Source: Bugula neritina (Eukaryota > Animalia > Bryozoa). Taken from it: a stretch of 64,000 nucleotides of DNA. The notes beneath the pieces are model-generated. The model was not told the DNA's origin and did not search any database. It saw only the letters and a program-made list of their open reading frames with translations. The position numbers and the translations under genes are program-made. The stretch lies in contig OZ037771.1 of NCBI GenBank assembly GCA_964035545.1, positions 9,738,480 to 9,802,479 of the forward strand. Direction: 5' to 3'. Shown one piece after another: positions 60,546 through 64,000 of this stretch. Within the stretch, counting starts at the first letter, position 1. Every line of letters begins with the position of its first letter.

Positions 60546-62857
60546 ACAACATACTGAAATACACTATAACATACCGAAATAAGCTGCAACATACTGCAGC
60601 ATACTGAAATACACTGTAACATGATGAAGTACACTGCAGCACATTGAAATACACTGCAAAAAACTGAAATATACTGCAACATACTGAAATGTACTGCAAC
60701 ATAGTGAAATACATTGCAACATATCGAAGTATATCGTAATAAACGGACATGTACTGTAACATACTGAAACACACTGAAACATACTGAAACATACTGAAAC
60801 ATACTGAAACATACTGAAACATACTGAAATCCACTGCAACAAACTGCAACGTACTGAAACACACTGTAACATGATGAAATACACTGCAACACATTGAAAT
60901 ATACTGCAACAAACTGAAATATACTGCAACATACTGAAACGTACTGCAACATACTGAAATTAATTGCAACATATCGAAGTATATCGTAGTAAACGGACAT
61001 GTACTGTAACATACTGAAACACACTGAAACATACTGAAACATACAGAAACATACTGAAATACACTGCAACATACTGCAACATACTGAAGCATACTGTAAC
61101 ATTATGAAATACACTGCAACACATTGAAATATACTGCAACAAACTGAAAGATACTGCAACATACTAAAACGCACTGCAACATACTGAAATACATTGCAAT
61201 ATATCGAAGTATATCGTAATATACGGACATGTACTGTAGCATACTGAAACACACTGAAACATACTGAAACATACTGAAATATACTGAAATATACAGAAAT
61301 ACACTGTAACACATTGGAAAATACTGCAACATACTGAAAGCCACTTCAACTCACTGAAGTATAGTGTAATATACGGAAATGTACTGTAACATACTGATAT
61401 TTACTGTAACATACCGAAATAAACTGCAACATAATGCAACATACTGAATTACACTGTAACATGATGAAGTACACTGCAACACATTGAAATACACTGCAAC
61501 AAACTGAAATATACTGCAACATACTGAAATGTACTGCAACATACTGAAATACACTGTAACATACCGAAATTAACTGCAACATAATGCAACATAATGAATT
61601 ACACTGTAAAATACTAAAATACACTGCAACATTCTGGAACTTACTTCAACATACTGAAATACACTGTAACATAATGAAATACACTGCAAAATACTGCAAC
61701 ATACTGAAGTACACTGTAAAATATTGAAATACACTGCAACACATTGGAATATACTGCAACACACTGAAATATACTGCAACATACTGAAATGTACTGCAAC
61801 ATACTGCAACATACTGAAATACACTGTAACATACTGCAACATACTGAAATACACTGTAGCAAACTGAAATACACTGCAACACATTGGAATATACTGCAAC
61901 ATACCCAAATATATGGTAACATAATGAAATACCCTGCAACATACTGCAAAAAACTGAAGTACACTGTAAAATATTGAAATACACTGCAACACATTGGAAT
62001 ATACTGCAAAATACCCAAATAACTGGTAATATACTGAAATATACTGAAATACACTGTAACACATTGAAAAAGACTGCAACATACTGAAAGACACTACAAC
62101 TCACTGAAGTATAGTGTATTATACGGAAATGTACTGTAACATACTGATATTTACTGCAACACACTGAAATATACTGCAACATACTGAAATACACTGTAAC
62201 ATACCATAAAAAACTGCAACATACTGCAACATACTGAAATACACTGCAACATACTAAAATACACTGCAACATTCTGCAACATACTTCAACATACTGAAAT
62301 ACACTGTAACATAATGAAATACACTGCAGCACATTGAAATATACTGCAACATACTGAAATGTACTGCAACATACTGAAATACACTGCAACATATTGAAGT
62401 ATATTGTAATATGCGGACATGTACTGTAACATACTGAAACACACTGAAACATACTGAAACATACTGAAACATACTTCAACACACTGAAATATACTAAAAC
62501 ATACTGAAATATACTGCAACATACTGCAACATACTGAAATACACTGAAACATACTGAAATATACTGAAACATACTGAAATACACTGTAACAAACTGAAAT
62601 ACACTGCAACAAGTTGGAATATACTGCAACATACCCAAATAAATGGTAATATACTGAAACATACTGAAATACATTGTAACACATTGAAAAATACTGCAAC
62701 ACACTGAAAGACACTACAACTCACTGAAGTATAGTGCAATATACAGAAATGTACTTTAACATACTGATATTTAATGTTACACACTGAAATATACTACAAC
62801 ATACTGAAATACACTGTAACATACCGATATAAGCTGCAACATACTGCAACATACTGA
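60247..62857 (+). repeat. Dispersed copy of ~50630-53240 (offset 9617)
   Basis: ORF pairs 50910/60527, 51485/61102, 52637/62254 and 52877/62494 are offset by 9617. Confidence 0.87.
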
Positions 62858-64000
62858 AACATACTGTAACATTATGAAATACACTGCAACACATTGAAAT
62901 ATACTGCGACAAACTGAAATATACTGCAACATACTGAAACGTACTGCAACATACTGAAATTAATTGCAACATATCGAAGTATATCGTAGTAAACGGACAT
63001 GTACTGTAACATACTGAAGCACACTGAAACAGACTGAAACATACTGAAACATACTGAAATACACTGCAACATACTGCAACATACTGAAGCATACTGTAAC
63101 ATTATGAAATACACTGCAATACATTGAAATATACTGCAACAAACTGAAATATACTGCAACATACTAAAATGCACTGCAACATACTGAAATACATTGCAAT
63201 ATATCGAAGTATATCGTAATATACGGACATGTACTGTAGCATACTGAAACACACTGAAACATACTGAAACATACTGAAATATACTGAAAGATACTGAAAC
63301 ATACTGAAACATACTGAGATACGCTGCAACATACTGCAACATACTGAAATACACTGTAACATGATGAAATACACTGCAACACATTGAAAAATACTGCAAC
63401 GTACTGAAAGACACTTCAACTCACTGAAGTATAGTGTAATATACGGAAATGTACTGTAACATACTGATATTCACTGTAACACACTGAAATATACTGCAAC
63501 ATACTGAAATACACTGTAACATACCGAAATAAACTGCAACATAATGAAACATACTGAATTACACTGTAACATACTAAAATACACTGCAACGTTCTGCAAC
63601 ATACTTCAACATACTGAAAGACACTGTAACATAATGAAATACACTGCAACACATTAAAATATACCGCAACAGACTGGAATATACTGCAACACATCCAAGT
63701 ACATCGTAATATACGGACATGTACCGTAACATACTGAAACATACTGAAACATACTGCAACATTCTGAAGTACACTGTAAAATATTGAAATACACTGCAAC
63801 AAACTGCAACATACTGAAGTACACTGTACATATTGAAAAACACTGCAACACACTGAAATATACTGCAACACACTGAAATATACTGCAAAATACTGAATTA
63901 TACTTCAACATACTGCAACATACTGAAAGACACTACAACTCACTGAAGTATAGTGCAATATACAGAAATGTACTCTAACATACTGATATTTAATGCTACA

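Larger units (their letters stand above)
1..64000 (+). repeat. Satellite DNA array of degenerate 10-bp monomers (consensus Y-A-Y-A-C-T-G-H-A-A), ~6,400 copies, single orientation, running off both window ends
   Basis: Every line shows the 10-bp period in register (e.g. 121-180 catactgaaa tatactgcaa catactgcaa catactgaaa tacactgtaa catactgtaa). I saw no non-repeat sequence and no inverted segment. The + strand is A-rich with about one G per monomer. Confidence 0.99.

Noticed and set aside
595-63911. Hundreds of ORFs of 60-428 aa, mostly on the minus strand, as protein-coding genes
   Set aside because: They overlap in all three frames with the same low-complexity 10-aa repeat, have no recognisable domain, and start and stop wherever satellite variants fall. 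Indels come in units of 10 bp, not 3 bp.
431-63990. CRISPR-like array with L1 or L2 as direct repeats
   Set aside because: The intervening sequence is the same decamer satellite, of irregular length (roughly 0.1-4.5 kb), and not unique 25-45 bp spacers. I see no leader and no cas genes.
1-64000. Telomeric repeat tract
   Set aside because: The unit is degenerate, lacks regular G or C runs, and shows kb-scale duplications. It does not look like templated telomerase product. A subtelomeric location cannot be excluded.
1-64000. Assignment to a named satellite or organism (e.g. the Drosophila 10-bp AATAACATAG satellite)
   Set aside because: The period is the same but the sequence is different. 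I do not recognise the family, and a Dfam, Repbase or BLASTN search is needed.
1-64000. Pure assembly artefact or synthetic sequence
   Set aside because: Paralogous blocks differ by nested, shared and private variants, which fits real duplication history. The exact copy number of the near-identical blocks still needs read support.

Overview
The whole 64 kb is one uninterrupted satellite-DNA array in a single orientation. It is built from about 6,400 degenerate 10-bp monomers (main + strand variants CATACTGAAA, CATACTGCAA, TACACTGTAA, TACACTGCAA, TATACTGCAA). I see no genes, RNA genes, CRISPR array, transposon or unique sequence. The hundreds of ORFs, mostly on the minus strand (MLQYISVCCS-type 10-aa repeats), are translation artefacts of the decamer. 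The array is hierarchical: pentamer halves, then decamer, 20-bp dimer, recurrent 20-70 bp landmark modules, ~240-bp units, and finally kb-scale tandem repeats (450, 830, 869, 2070, 3058, 3799/5449 bp) and dispersed duplications (offsets 2-15 kb). Three observations stand out. (1) The 10-bp register is almost perfectly kept: I count 22 shifts, all -1, and 21 are copies of one 9-bp monomer. (2) A recurrent CpG module, TATCGTAAT(A)(T/A)ACGGAC, matches 7 of the 9 core positions of the CENP-B box with identical CpG spacing, and it is concentrated in a ~3 kb subdomain. (3) Several duplication breakpoints fall in or next to the landmark modules. The window is most consistent with eukaryotic heterochromatic, possibly (peri)centromeric, satellite. 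The organism and function cannot be determined from the sequence. All counts and offsets were made by hand, so block ends are approximate.
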